Source: a virus (taxonomy: Duplodnaviria; Caudoviricetes). From it: 32,538 nt of DNA. Under the pieces are notes generated by a model. It made no database searches and was not told where the DNA came from. It worked only from the letters and a program-made list of their open reading frames with translations. The stretch spans positions 1 through 32,538 of IMG/VR virus record IMGVR_UViG_3300025018_000381; one strand, 5' to 3'. Positions 17,073 to 27,919 of this stretch are shown in pieces; position 1 is the stretch's first letter; each line of letters opens with the position of its first letter. The position numbers and the translations under genes are program-made.

Positions 17073-19052
17073 ATGCTATTCGAAAAATCAGTACAAAATA
17101 ACGAATCGGCCAATGTCAATGAACTCATTCCTAGGCAGATTCGTTTAGACGCGGCAGTATTCACCAATCTACTCAAAGAGTATTACAACTTCCTGAATGA
17201 AGAAGGTAATCCTACCCGTGTCATCAATCGAATCATCGCTGAACATGATCTTGATAAGGTCTATGACGACAAGTATCTTGACGCGATTCGTAAAGAAATT
17301 GCGAATGGTTTGCCGACGAGCACGTATGTCCAGAAAACTTTTCTACTAAAGAGAATCGTTGATGCATATTCTTTACGAGGTACTGAAGCATCTATCGAAT
17401 TCTTCTTTAGGATTTTCTTTGGTGAGGATCCTACAATCTATAGGCCTTGGGAGCACGTCTTAATGCCATCACAGGGTACTTGGACGATTGGTCGACGAGC
17501 TCGGATCGTTTTGCATATGGGCAATGAAGATATTCTGCGCAATAATACCTTGGTCCAATATGATCCATTTGGAAATTTGCGTGCTAGTCTAGCTATTAAA
17601 TCTGTGCGTAAGCAGATCTTTGGAGAAGCCTATTATTTCGATATTGAATTTTACACAGATGCAGAAGACACCTTTTCAAATGGTCTTCCGGTGCAAACTG
17701 CAGATGGCTTAGCTAGGGGACGACTAATAAGATCTCTAGCTTCGGTGAATATTGTTGATGCCGGACTTGGATATAGTCCCGGCGATAGAATTTTCATTGG
17801 TGGTAAAGAACGCATATCGTTCGGAGCAGTTGTTAATACAACCGGACCTCTTGGCCAGATCACGTCGGTGGTTGTTGTTGATCCCGGTCTTTGCGCATCC
17901 ATCAACTATGAAAAAGAAATCAGCAATGATCCGAGAGTGATCGTTAATGGTTCAGATGTGTATTTGCATGGAATGATTCGGACAAACGGGCAAGTATATT
18001 TTGACACAGCTCCAACTGATACTTTGCGTGCGATTGGCGATCCTTTTCGTTTTGAAATCGCCAATGAAGATGCTGCGATCGTTGAAGCTAATGATATACC
18101 TGTAGATATCCACGCCACAGTGTCGGATGCCGGTCTAACGATTTTATCAGTAGAGCAAAAAATCAGTGATACTATACTGTATGATTTTGAGTATTTTGCA
18201 GGCCACGATGCTTATGGCGAACCAATAGAGCATGAATTTGATAGTAGTACTAAAGCAAAACCATTAAGTGATGTCGTCATTATGACGAATAAAGTTGATC
18301 CGTTTGACAATACTGCTTATTTCACCTTTACGTTTGACACAGTCTTTTTAACGGAAGGTCGATATACGACCGACAAGGGTAGACCTTCGGGTGTATGCGT
18401 CCTTCAAGATTCGTTCTATTATCAGGTCTTTTCGTATGAAGTTACATGCGGAAAGCCCATGAGCGAATGGCTCGGTGAACTAAAGAACTTTGTGCACCCT
18501 GCGGGCCTAAAAGCTTTTGGCCATGTGCGCAGCACGATATTATCTGATGTCGGTTCTGAATTTACAGCTTCTATTAATGATACTGACTATTTGTATTCTG
18601 AACTTCGAAGTATCCTATTCTCAGGTGTTAGTTTAACCAATGATTTTGAAATAGAACTTGGAGAAGATCTAACGTCTGAAGATCCATACGGTGCGTTGTA
18701 TGGATCTACCGATCCCTATGATCCCTTTCCTAGTTATAAGTTCTTTTCGTCGTTTGTATTTGGTGATGGATCAGATTTTCCAGACTTCAATCCTGAAACG
18801 GGTGAGGGCGAATTGGACGCGTACGAATACGCTATCTACTATGATGACGATAATATCATAATGTCTATGCCCAAGCTTGATCGTATTGGATACGAGCATA
18901 AGCCTAGTTATTATTCTAATACGCAGCAATCAACAGGTTTACGTCGAGGTGATGATGATGTCGAAGCTAGTGACCCAACACTAGACCCATTGCTAAATAC
19001 AGAAATATGGCGTAGAGAATTAGATAGTGCTGAATGGATACTCGAAGAATAG
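17073..19052 (+). CDS. gp7: Baseplate wedge initiator gp7-like
   Basis: Likely start ATG 17073 just after the gp6 stop (the track start at 16971 overlaps gp6). Motifs LKEYYNFL, Y-LRGT--S-EFFFRIFFGE, LQDSFYYQVFSYEV, VHPAGLKAFG. Confidence 0.8.
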   Translation: MLFEKSVQNNESANVNELIPRQIRLDAAVFTNLLKEYYNFLNEEGNPTRVINRIIAEHDLDKVYDDKYLDAIRKEIANGLPTSTYVQKTFLLKRIVDAYSLRGTEASIEFFFRIFFGEDPTIYRPWEHVLMPSQGTWTIGRRARIVLHMGNEDILRNNTLVQYDPFGNLRASLAIKSVRKQIFGEAYYFDIEFYTDAEDTFSNGLPVQTADGLARGRLIRSLASVNIVDAGLGYSPGDRIFIGGKERISFGAVVNTTGPLGQITSVVVVDPGLCASINYEKEISNDPRVIVNGSDVYLHGMIRTNGQVYFDTAPTDTLRAIGDPFRFEIANEDAAIVEANDIPVDIHATVSDAGLTILSVEQKISDTILYDFEYFAGHDAYGEPIEHEFDSSTKAKPLSDVVIMTNKVDPFDNTAYFTFTFDTVFLTEGRYTTDKGRPSGVCVLQDSFYYQVFSYEVTCGKPMSEWLGELKNFVHPAGLKAFGHVRSTILSDVGSEFTASINDTDYLYSELRSILFSGVSLTNDFEIELGEDLTSEDPYGALYGSTDPYDPFPSYKFFSSFVFGDGSDFPDFNPETGEGELDAYEYAIYYDDDNIIMSMPKLDRIGYEHKPSYYSNTQQSTGLRRGDDDVEASDPTLDPLLNTEIWRRELDSAEWILEE

Positions 19053-19066
19053 TTGCTTTGAATCAA

Positions 19067-19074
19067 TATAAATA
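19067..19074 (+). promoter_or_regulatory. T4-type late promoter TATAAATA
   Basis: Exact consensus, intergenic, 9 nt before ATG 19084. Confidence 0.8.
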
Positions 19075-19083
19075 GGTGTTAAT

Positions 19084-20970
19084 ATGGCAGAACCCACAAA
19101 TATCATTCTAAACAAGATGCGGTTTCGACTAATCAGGAGCTTCATTCAGGACATCATTTCAACTAATGGTGGCTATTACGTCTTTTATGGTCAGCCATTC
19201 CCCTGGCCCGGTGAGAACGATGTAATCACATCGGCACCGATGCCCATGAAAACGTACAAACAAGAAGTTGAAACGAAGCGTAATATATTGGCGATGAAGC
19301 GAGTCACAGGTGCAGATATTGCGCTAGGCATTAAGGATAATCCTTGGAACATTCCCGAAGGAGAAATTGGGAACGTTTATTCTCAGTATTCTGATGTTAT
19401 TGATCTAAGCGATATTGATGAAGACACTCCATATTACGTGATAACTGCTGGTCTGAATGTGTTTATGTGTTTAGACAATGCAGCATTTGTTAATGAAGAT
19501 GGTGTCTTAGAAACGCCGCCGTCAACCGAATCTCCTGATGATACCAAATTAGCCGGATCTCATATGACTGCTGATGGGTATGTATGGCATTTTATGTATT
19601 CACTCAACGATGCCCTGTTGCGGAAATTCAATATTGAAAATTACATTCCAGTTGATGTGACGTCAGATAATAATCAAATGAGCATAGCGCTCGCGAAACA
19701 GAAACCGGGCACTGTTGATCGTATCGATATTCTTGCCTACCAAACAAACGATCTAAAGATTTATGGCGGCGAGGGATACTCAGTGTTATATCGCGTAGCA
19801 CCTACTGAAGAGGGAATAGCTGGGGCTATTCAAGAGTTATCGTATATACCAATTTTTGTTGATGGTAATGGTGATATGAACGCGACAGCGGCAATCATCA
19901 TTACTAGCATTGATGCCGGCACCGGGGCAATTTCTATACCTCTCGAATCTGGTGATAATAAGCTCAATGGTATTGTTGATATTCCCTATCCTGAAAATGA
20001 TTCCGCGGATGTTGGTTATGCTATAATTTCATCTGGTTCAGGTTACACGATTATTGACAATGGCGATTGGAGTCCGGTAATGATTCGTCAAGAATCAGCA
20101 TTGGGCAATCCAGATTTTTCTCCGGCTTATGGTATTGCACGAATTAATGCCGCTGGCGAAGTAGAAGCTTTACGAATAATTGAGGGCGGCGCAGGGTATA
20201 GAGAAAATGAACCAGCGGATGTCGTACAATCTAGTGCAATAGCTTTAGGCCAACTAAGCATCTATGATAATGACGTTAGCATGATGAAGGTTGACGTACT
20301 TACACCAGGTTTAAACTTTTCGGTTTCAACTGCGCATGCAATTGCTGATGAATATACTGTGCCGGCAATATTACAGTCTGTTGTGTCACCACCATTTGGT
20401 CATGGTTCAGATCCGGAAATTGAACTTTCGGCGTTGTCGATCATAATCAATATGCGAGTTGCTTATAAAACTGTAGGTAATGATTTTAGTATTGAGAACG
20501 ATTTTCGAACTGTTGGAATCATCGAGAATGTGCTAGAGCAAGATGCAGATGGAGTATTAGTAACAGATGATGATGGAGTGGTATTATCGCATTCGGTATC
20601 TCCAACATTGTCAGCGAAGACGAGCCTTATCTGCGGAGCGGTTGATAATATTGCGCAGGAAGCAATTACTTCTTCAGCATTCCCAGCCGATGAAATTATT
20701 GTCGGCAGCACAAGTGGAGCGCGGGCAAGGATTGTTGATGTATTAGATGGTGATACCATACGGGTAATCAATTCGGGAGATAGCACAAATAGCTTGCAAT
20801 TCATCGTCGGCGAAGAGATCACTGCACTAAACAGTAGCAGAACTATTACTAGCATTTCATTACCAGAATATGTTCCTCTATCGGGCAATATATTGTTTAT
20901 AAATAACAGGGAACGGATCCAGCGAGATAGAGATCAGATTGAAACATTCAACTTTATCTTTAAACTATAG
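19084..20970 (+). CDS. gp8: Baseplate wedge subunit gp8-like (enlarged)
   Basis: YYVFYGQPFPW, AMKRV, YYVIT---NVFMCLDN, TADGYVWHFMYS, SPPFGHGSDPEIEL, NDFRTVGII, SGNILFINNRE-IQR--DQIE. Confidence 0.85.
   Translation: MAEPTNIILNKMRFRLIRSFIQDIISTNGGYYVFYGQPFPWPGENDVITSAPMPMKTYKQEVETKRNILAMKRVTGADIALGIKDNPWNIPEGEIGNVYSQYSDVIDLSDIDEDTPYYVITAGLNVFMCLDNAAFVNEDGVLETPPSTESPDDTKLAGSHMTADGYVWHFMYSLNDALLRKFNIENYIPVDVTSDNNQMSIALAKQKPGTVDRIDILAYQTNDLKIYGGEGYSVLYRVAPTEEGIAGAIQELSYIPIFVDGNGDMNATAAIIITSIDAGTGAISIPLESGDNKLNGIVDIPYPENDSADVGYAIISSGSGYTIIDNGDWSPVMIRQESALGNPDFSPAYGIARINAAGEVEALRIIEGGAGYRENEPADVVQSSAIALGQLSIYDNDVSMMKVDVLTPGLNFSVSTAHAIADEYTVPAILQSVVSPPFGHGSDPEIELSALSIIINMRVAYKTVGNDFSIENDFRTVGIIENVLEQDADGVLVTDDDGVVLSHSVSPTLSAKTSLICGAVDNIAQEAITSSAFPADEIIVGSTSGARARIVDVLDGDTIRVINSGDSTNSLQFIVGEEITALNSSRTITSISLPEYVPLSGNILFINNRERIQRDRDQIETFNFIFKL
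20898..20905 (+). promoter_or_regulatory. T4-type late promoter TATAAATA inside the gp8 3' end
   Basis: Exact consensus 76 nt upstream of ATG 20982. Confidence 0.55.
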
Positions 20971-20981
20971 GCGAACACATT

Positions 20982-23900
20982 ATGGCAGAATCATTAATAA
21001 CAGCTCAGAATCAACCACCTTACTATGACGATCACAATATCCCTGATCCAGCAATGGGTGGATTAGATACGTTTAAGAAGAACTATCATCGTATTCTGTT
21101 CCAGCCTACGAATGCTGTTCAAACGCGTGAACTGAATCAAATGCAGTCGATGCTGCAGAACCAAATAGCTCAGCTTGGGCTATCACAGATCAATGCATAC
21201 TATGGCGGACAGGTTATTGGAGGCGAGCCGAGTATTGATTCAACTGGTTTGCATTTTATTGACGTCCGCTTTGATAACCCATTGACTGCAGATATCCTCA
21301 ATGATTATCTGGGGCTGCAATTCATTGAAACCCGTAAGGTTGTTAACAACACACTAGTTACTGATCTGAAGGCTGAGGTTCTATCAATTAAGCCCACAAC
21401 CAATGGCACGTATCGAATTTGGCATCGTTATTCAAATGCTGGAGGAGAACTAACAGGCGAAGCTTCAGCTGAAAAGAAGAAATTTGCTACTGATGATTTA
21501 CTTTTCATGATCAACGATCTTTATCCAAGTAGTGCTGTACCAGTAAGCGTAACTCAAGAAGACATTGATGCTATTGCATCTGGCGCAGAGAAGGATCGTT
21601 ATGTAGCAGCTGCTGCAGGATTTGCTGGTTTAGTAGGAAGCGAATTAGTCGCAGCATGGAAAGCTATTGGTCAGGTTTCTGCGAGAGTTGATGCTGAAGG
21701 TGGAATACTGCCAGCGACCGGTGTTGGTCTAAATATCGCTATTAAGGAAGGAGTATTCTTTGTTACTGGGTGTTTCGTACACACTCCAGCGCAATCAAAA
21801 TACTATGTTATTACTGATGGCGATGAAACAGTTGATGGCTATGCTTCACTGATTGTTGAGGAATCTATAACTACTGTTGTGCAAGATCCTACACTGCGGG
21901 ATAACGCCAATGGTTCGTATAACTTCGCTGCGCCCGGAGCTGATCGGTATACCATTAAGCTTTCTCTAGCGCTGAATACTTCTAATACTCGTGTGCTTGA
22001 GCTTAACGCTGGCATCAATAGGATCTTCAACTCAGCTGATAAAGACAATTACGGCTCAATCAAATATCTAAACGTTCTTGAAATTCTTGATTCTAGACCT
22101 AAGGTTGTTGTTGGAGGAGCAAGCATTTCTGAGCAGCTAAACGCTGACAGAGCGCAACGTACAAAAGAGGAAAGTGGTAATTATACTGTAACGCCTTTCC
22201 GTATTAACGTTCGTAACTTCTTAAACAGTAATGGTAATGGCGGCCGATATACTATTCGAGAGATTCTGCAAAAAAACCCATCTGAAATAAAAGATCTTTA
22301 CGATGCTGTGTCAACTAATGGTCTTGTAGAGAACCTCGATGGTGCAGATGCTGATTTACATACTGATCCATCCACAGGGCCGAACGTTATTATTAGCGCG
22401 TTTGAAGCATGGCTAGATTCAAAGATGGCAATTGACATTGATCCTGCAATAGCGTATGTTGATGGTTTCCGTGTAGCGCCGGGATCCCCTCGCACAGTTC
22501 TATTAGATAAGGCACGAGACATTGCTGAAGTTGCAGATACAACAATATCATTAGTCCGTGGTAACTATGTTGATTTTGTACTTGACCCTGAAGCAATTAC
22601 CCAGCTTTCGCCAACAGAGTTCTTTGGTACCGCTCCCGGCATACCTAAACAACTTGGTTTGTCGATTCGTGGCCTTGAATTTAGAGGTGTGGTCTTGTCA
22701 TCAGAAGTGTATGATCGAGATCAATTGGCAGATGGAAATATTCCAGCAATGAAAAATTATCCAGCTGAACAACTTGGATTCTTAAAGTTCCGGGCGTTTG
22801 TATATGGTGAATTCAATCCACAATCAGCAATTTATACACCGGAGGGATTTGAGTATACTACGCTGCCAAGTTCAATTCCTGGTGGAAACCCAATTCTAGA
22901 CAAAACGATAAAGTCTCCAAATAAAGTATCATCATTATTCCTATTGCCTCATGAAGCTATTAATACAGTTGCGGCTGTGCGATACTCTGCAGTAGCAGTT
23001 CTTACAAATCCGAATATTCCCACTCCAGGCGGGAATGTATGTGAATTTGCGCCGCCTACAAATTCGTCATTCCAATCTGGCCTTGACGCACTTGACATTA
23101 TTGTGTATGATGGGGGTAAGTATATCAATACACTTACAGATGTGAGCGATATTCAACTTGATGACGGGGTGATGGTTATCACCTTTTCTAATTCGAGAAT
23201 CCCAACCAGTGCTATTCAAGTTCTCGCACCGCTCGACATAAGTGATACGGATATTAACAGTAGTTCGCCTGATAGCACCATGCGTTCAAAATCTGTGACA
23301 GCAGAAACAGTTATGGAAGACTCCGTTCTAGTAGAAGCAAATGTGGCGAACCCAACTAATAGCGCTAAAATTATTACATTGGCTCAGCAGGACGTTCTAA
23401 TTGATTCAATCGTTGTGACTGTGCAAGGTCGGGACAAGAACGATCCAGAGAACGTTCTAAACCATGTTGTAATTTATGATGGTCAAGGGCCCGATTTTTA
23501 CGAAAATCCTGTGATTAAGATTACTTCAGAAATCCCCGAGACTGATGATGTTGGAACACGCAGAGTTGATCTGCATTATAAGTATTTCACTCATATCGGT
23601 AGTGATAAGCACTATTTCTGCCGTAATAGTTATAACACGGATGATTCGTCATTAGCATATGAGGATATTCCAAAGTATGCTGGAATTTCGCTAACTGATT
23701 ATATCGATTTTAGAGTTAAGCGGAAGAGGGAATACGATGTTGTTACTAATACATACACGTATGATAACAGCAATCTCTCAGCAGCTGTTAAGATTCTACC
23801 TAATAGTATTGGTGTATTCTCTTACAAGCACTATCTCGGGCGCGTTGATACTCTAAGCGTGACTACTTCAGCTGATTTCGTTATCACTAAGGGTGTCTCT

Positions 23901-26900
23901 GCAATTGACCCGCGTAATCCAAAAGCGGCAAAATCTGCTTCGGGTGAAATGAACATCTATCACCTTGATATTCCACCATATACTGCAAGGCCAGAAGATG
24001 TCAACAAGGTGTATATCAATCATAATCGTTATACTATGGCTGATATCGCTCAGCTCGATGCGCGCATCAAGAATCTCGAATATTACAGTTCGCTATCATT
24101 ACTTGAGAAGGAAGCAAGTGATCGAAAAATTCTTGACATTAGTTCTGCTGATGGGGTTGAGCGGTTCAAGAATGGCACCTTGGTTGATTCCTTCTCAGGG
24201 CATTCAGTGGGTGCAGCTGCAGATTTAGACTATAGCTGTGCGGTAAATACCTTTGCCCAAACAATGGGCCCATCATTCAAGATACATAATCACCGTATGA
24301 GGTATACGGGTTTAGTTCACCCGTCAGACGCTCAATCAGTTTGGCCAGATACGGCTATATTAGTTTCAAAATACCCAAATGGCAAACATCCAGTCTATCG
24401 TGAAGCTGGAAGCACTATGGATGGATATACTAAGGACATCTATGGCGTAGTCAAACCTGTTGGCGGTACAATAGCAGGTATCTGGCCAGGACGTAGTGGT
24501 AAGGAAGTTATTTCGCTATGGGATGGTACCCGTGAGATCTTCTATGAAAATCTTCTGGCCTCTCAATCAATGAGCGTTCAGCCATTTGAAGTTACTACTT
24601 GGAATGGTCGCCTAACGTTAATGCCTTCTGCTGATGAATGGATCGACACTAATACGCTGCCAACATTCATTGTAGACCTATCATCTATTAGTGATGCCTT
24701 TGCAGATGCTGCACAACGCGATATTGAAATATATGGTTCGAATGAAACGCTTGTTTCAAGCGCTTTGGTTGGAGGACCAGTTAGTGCATCAGTATCTCAG
24801 AGAGTTGTTTGGACAGGCGAGCCTGAATATCATGAGGGCCGCGGCCGCCAGCGTAATGAAACAACTGTAAATACATCTCAGAACTTTACTCAAACTGATT
24901 CGTACTCTATGGATTATCTGGTTCCAGGACCTGATAGCATTGAGAGCATCAATTTTGGTGATAGACTTGTCGATATGAGTGTGATTCCTTGGATCCGTTC
25001 TCGGCAAATTAGATTCAAGGCGCGGGGATTTAAACCTGATACCCGCCTTTACGCATTCTTTGAAGAAGTTAATGTCACAGATTATTGCTCGTGCATCTTG
25101 GCTAGTAATGTAGTATTTAATTCTATCGTCACTGGAGCATTGGAAGGTCTTCCAGCTGATTCATCAGCTGCTATTGGCGGCCGTGGTAATCTTATGCCAA
25201 CATACGGCACGTCAGATGAAGTTGTTCTATATAATGAGCAATACCCAAATCAATTCCCACCTGCAGAGATGGGTGGCGCTTGGGGCGATCTGATAACCGA
25301 TTCAAATGGTGAGATTTGCGGATATTTCATAATCCCGAATAATGCTGATTATCGATTCAAAACTGGTATGCGTGAATTCAAGCTTATTGATAACGAATAC
25401 AATAACGAATCTGAATCTGACTCGTTTGGTCGTACTCAATATAGCGCCAATGGTCTACTACAGGATAAGCAATCGTCGGTTGGATCTGTTAGAATTCCTA
25501 CTGTTGAAAAGAAGCACGAAGAATGGGATATCGTAACACATAGTACAGTACGAAAACGTTCAGTATCGCTTGGGCCTATCTTTGATCCAATTGCTCAAAC
25601 GTTCACAGTCCGCAGCGAGGAATATCCAAATGGTATGTTCCTATCAGATGTCGATATCTTTATTGCGTCAGTACCAAGAGATCGTAATATCCCGTTGACC
25701 ATCTACATTGTACCTTGCGAAAATGGTATTCCTACAAAGACTGTTCTGCCGGGTTCTGAAGTAACTCGCCTTGGTAGTGAAATTCCTACAGGTCCGGGAG
25801 GTTTGGTAACAGGTCGTCAGGTCACTCCTTCAGGCGGAGCCGGAAGCGATTTCACAGGGACATATGATGTGGTAGCAGATGAGTCAGTTATCATTATTTC
25901 AAAACCTTGCCGCTTTACGTTTAACTACCCAGTTTACCTAAAGCCAGGCGAAGAGTATGCTCTAATCGTATTTAGCCCGTCTCCCGATTTCCGTGTATGG
26001 ACATCTGTTCTGTCTGAAGTTGATCTTAACACAAACCAAATCATTACTCGTAATCCAGGATTTGGCGTGCTGCTGAAATCACAGAACAAGTCTACTTGGA
26101 CTCCTGATCAATATCGTGATCTAACTTGCCGCTTGCATAAAGCCGTATTCCCAGTTGGTAAAATCGATGAGTATCGCTTTTCAACGTGGATTCCTGCTGA
26201 TGGTGATGCATATCCTACGCCAGGCGACATGTCAGTCGCAGTATTCAATGGCGGAGAGAGTCAAGGTGTTGGTGACTATGCTCATACATTCTTCCAACTA
26301 TTCATGAAGACTCAGGAATTCCCTGCAACAGATCTTATGTTTGAGACAACATATTTTGCATCCTCAGGCGCAGAGATTTCAGATTCTTCACGATATGTTG
26401 TTAAGGCGGGAACAGAACATTATCTAGGGGCAGCGCTGGAAGACGTGGGATATATTACAGCCGATGCACGGCTGGTTACTCGAGATCGAAACGTATCACC
26501 GATTATTGATTGCGAAGGTAGCTCAATAACTACAAGATCTACACTTATTAATAATGATATATCGGGTGAAGGTGGTGAGCTTCGTAAAGTCGCAACCGAT
26601 GCAGCGTCAGTTGGTAGTGCGTATACTGTCGGTGAGTACACATTGACTCATCTCGTTCCCGATGCTGGAGGAGCAGCTGGCACGTATTATCCTGCATCTG
26701 TTCGGGGCGGTAACGCTGTTGCTCGATACATCACCAAGCCTGTTAAACTAAACAACGCGTCTGAAGATCTGCGAGTTATCGTGGCTGTAAATAGGCCTTC
26801 AACAAATTGTAACATTGCAGTCTATGCAAAACGCAAGCCTGTCACAAATATTGACCAATCTATCAAAGAGATACCTTGGTATCGTATGGGTGTATTGTCT

Positions 26901-27146
26901 GTCGGAGGAGATGCAGCTATCACTACTCTACCTGTAAGCACCTTCATTGGTGATTACACCGAAATAGAGTTTATGATGCCTAATCCAGATCCAAGCGCGG
27001 GTGATCCGATTGCCGAATACGTTGATGGCGTACTAGTTGATGGAAGTAACGCCTTTACTGAATTCTCAATAAAGGTAGTATTCACCTCAACTGATCCAGC
27101 TCAAGTCTGTAAAATCAAAAATCTAACAGCGATTGCGAGTATCTAA
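20982..27146 (+). CDS. Large VrlC/DUF4815-like virion structural protein
   Basis: 2054 aa. PPYYDD, YHRILFQP--AVQTRELNQMQSMLQNQI, APGADRY-I-L, RT-EESGNY-V, RYTMADI--LD-RI-NLEYYSSLSLLE, RFKNG-LVDSF, DPIAQTF, F-EFSIKVVF. Follows gp8 as in non-enteric T4-like phages. Confidence 0.85.
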   Translation: MAESLITAQNQPPYYDDHNIPDPAMGGLDTFKKNYHRILFQPTNAVQTRELNQMQSMLQNQIAQLGLSQINAYYGGQVIGGEPSIDSTGLHFIDVRFDNPLTADILNDYLGLQFIETRKVVNNTLVTDLKAEVLSIKPTTNGTYRIWHRYSNAGGELTGEASAEKKKFATDDLLFMINDLYPSSAVPVSVTQEDIDAIASGAEKDRYVAAAAGFAGLVGSELVAAWKAIGQVSARVDAEGGILPATGVGLNIAIKEGVFFVTGCFVHTPAQSKYYVITDGDETVDGYASLIVEESITTVVQDPTLRDNANGSYNFAAPGADRYTIKLSLALNTSNTRVLELNAGINRIFNSADKDNYGSIKYLNVLEILDSRPKVVVGGASISEQLNADRAQRTKEESGNYTVTPFRINVRNFLNSNGNGGRYTIREILQKNPSEIKDLYDAVSTNGLVENLDGADADLHTDPSTGPNVIISAFEAWLDSKMAIDIDPAIAYVDGFRVAPGSPRTVLLDKARDIAEVADTTISLVRGNYVDFVLDPEAITQLSPTEFFGTAPGIPKQLGLSIRGLEFRGVVLSSEVYDRDQLADGNIPAMKNYPAEQLGFLKFRAFVYGEFNPQSAIYTPEGFEYTTLPSSIPGGNPILDKTIKSPNKVSSLFLLPHEAINTVAAVRYSAVAVLTNPNIPTPGGNVCEFAPPTNSSFQSGLDALDIIVYDGGKYINTLTDVSDIQLDDGVMVITFSNSRIPTSAIQVLAPLDISDTDINSSSPDSTMRSKSVTAETVMEDSVLVEANVANPTNSAKIITLAQQDVLIDSIVVTVQGRDKNDPENVLNHVVIYDGQGPDFYENPVIKITSEIPETDDVGTRRVDLHYKYFTHIGSDKHYFCRNSYNTDDSSLAYEDIPKYAGISLTDYIDFRVKRKREYDVVTNTYTYDNSNLSAAVKILPNSIGVFSYKHYLGRVDTLSVTTSADFVITKGVSAIDPRNPKAAKSASGEMNIYHLDIPPYTARPEDVNKVYINHNRYTMADIAQLDARIKNLEYYSSLSLLEKEASDRKILDISSADGVERFKNGTLVDSFSGHSVGAAADLDYSCAVNTFAQTMGPSFKIHNHRMRYTGLVHPSDAQSVWPDTAILVSKYPNGKHPVYREAGSTMDGYTKDIYGVVKPVGGTIAGIWPGRSGKEVISLWDGTREIFYENLLASQSMSVQPFEVTTWNGRLTLMPSADEWIDTNTLPTFIVDLSSISDAFADAAQRDIEIYGSNETLVSSALVGGPVSASVSQRVVWTGEPEYHEGRGRQRNETTVNTSQNFTQTDSYSMDYLVPGPDSIESINFGDRLVDMSVIPWIRSRQIRFKARGFKPDTRLYAFFEEVNVTDYCSCILASNVVFNSIVTGALEGLPADSSAAIGGRGNLMPTYGTSDEVVLYNEQYPNQFPPAEMGGAWGDLITDSNGEICGYFIIPNNADYRFKTGMREFKLIDNEYNNESESDSFGRTQYSANGLLQDKQSSVGSVRIPTVEKKHEEWDIVTHSTVRKRSVSLGPIFDPIAQTFTVRSEEYPNGMFLSDVDIFIASVPRDRNIPLTIYIVPCENGIPTKTVLPGSEVTRLGSEIPTGPGGLVTGRQVTPSGGAGSDFTGTYDVVADESVIIISKPCRFTFNYPVYLKPGEEYALIVFSPSPDFRVWTSVLSEVDLNTNQIITRNPGFGVLLKSQNKSTWTPDQYRDLTCRLHKAVFPVGKIDEYRFSTWIPADGDAYPTPGDMSVAVFNGGESQGVGDYAHTFFQLFMKTQEFPATDLMFETTYFASSGAEISDSSRYVVKAGTEHYLGAALEDVGYITADARLVTRDRNVSPIIDCEGSSITTRSTLINNDISGEGGELRKVATDAASVGSAYTVGEYTLTHLVPDAGGAAGTYYPASVRGGNAVARYITKPVKLNNASEDLRVIVAVNRPSTNCNIAVYAKRKPVTNIDQSIKEIPWYRMGVLSVGGDAAITTLPVSTFIGDYTEIEFMMPNPDPSAGDPIAEYVDGVLVDGSNAFTEFSIKVVFTSTDPAQVCKIKNLTAIASI

Positions 27147-27382
27147 TGCCAGACGCGCGATATTGCAAAATTAAGAATCGACCTGATCTGATTCGCGATC
27201 GAAGCACTAATGCGATATTGAATGCTGATCAAACAGCATATAATCTAGCACTGGCTAGGAAAAAATTAAGGCATGAAGCTAGAGCAAAATCAGAGCGCAT
27301 AGAACAAGATATTGCTCAGTTACAAACGGACATAGGTGATATTAAGAATATGCTAAAAGAGATTATAAATAGAACTACATGA
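27146..27382 (+). CDS. Small coiled-coil protein typically found after VrlC-like genes
   Basis: LIRDRSTNAILN-D--AY and a heptad C-terminus IAQLQTDIGDIKNMLKEI. 1-nt overlap with the upstream stop. Confidence 0.75.
   Translation: MPDARYCKIKNRPDLIRDRSTNAILNADQTAYNLALARKKLRHEARAKSERIEQDIAQLQTDIGDIKNMLKEIINRTT
27364..27371 (+). promoter_or_regulatory. T4-type late promoter TATAAATA
   Basis: Exact consensus 7 nt before ATG 27379. Confidence 0.75.
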
Positions 27383-27912
27383 ATCCGACAAATAAATTAA
27401 CTGTTAATGGCAATGTACGAATTGAACGATACGATTCTTTTGGGAATCCGATTTCCAATTTTCGCGTTAAGAATATGGTTGTCGATACCGGCTTAGAATA
27501 TTTGTCTAACAGGATAATGTCAACTAATTTGTATGATCAAGCAATTGCGTATGTTGCAATCGGTGATGGTGTAGATGTGACCACTCCAGCAATTGCAGAT
27601 ATGACGGGTGTTTACAAATCGTATGTAGCACTTCACATTAAAGCCTTAACTCCCGCAACTGCTAGTACTCCTCCAATTTGCTCGTTCACCGGAACATTCC
27701 TAGGATCTAATACGTATAGCCACGAAGTAAATGAAATTGGGCTATTCACTGATCTCGATGTAACTGGTTCGTTAGATCTAAATGGTCAACCGACTATTGG
27801 AGATCCTCCAACTCAACTTATCGCACGGGCTCTTTTAAACGAAAACAATCGTTTCACAAAGGGTCCCGATGAGTACATAAAAATCACTTGGCATTTGTCG
27901 ATAGGTAATTAG
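27379..27912 (+). CDS. Virion structural protein resembling tail-fibre N-terminal/baseplate attachment domains
   Basis: KNMVVDTG, IAYVAIGDG, EIGLF, LIAR, KITW pattern. Confidence 0.6.
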   Translation: MNPTNKLTVNGNVRIERYDSFGNPISNFRVKNMVVDTGLEYLSNRIMSTNLYDQAIAYVAIGDGVDVTTPAIADMTGVYKSYVALHIKALTPATASTPPICSFTGTFLGSNTYSHEVNEIGLFTDLDVTGSLDLNGQPTIGDPPTQLIARALLNENNRFTKGPDEYIKITWHLSIGN

Positions 27913-27919
27913 GTGCATC

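Noticed and set aside
1081-27146. Bacterial T6SS, eCIS or tailocin locus
   Set aside because: gp32, gp2, gp4 and T4 late promoters indicate a T4-like phage genome.
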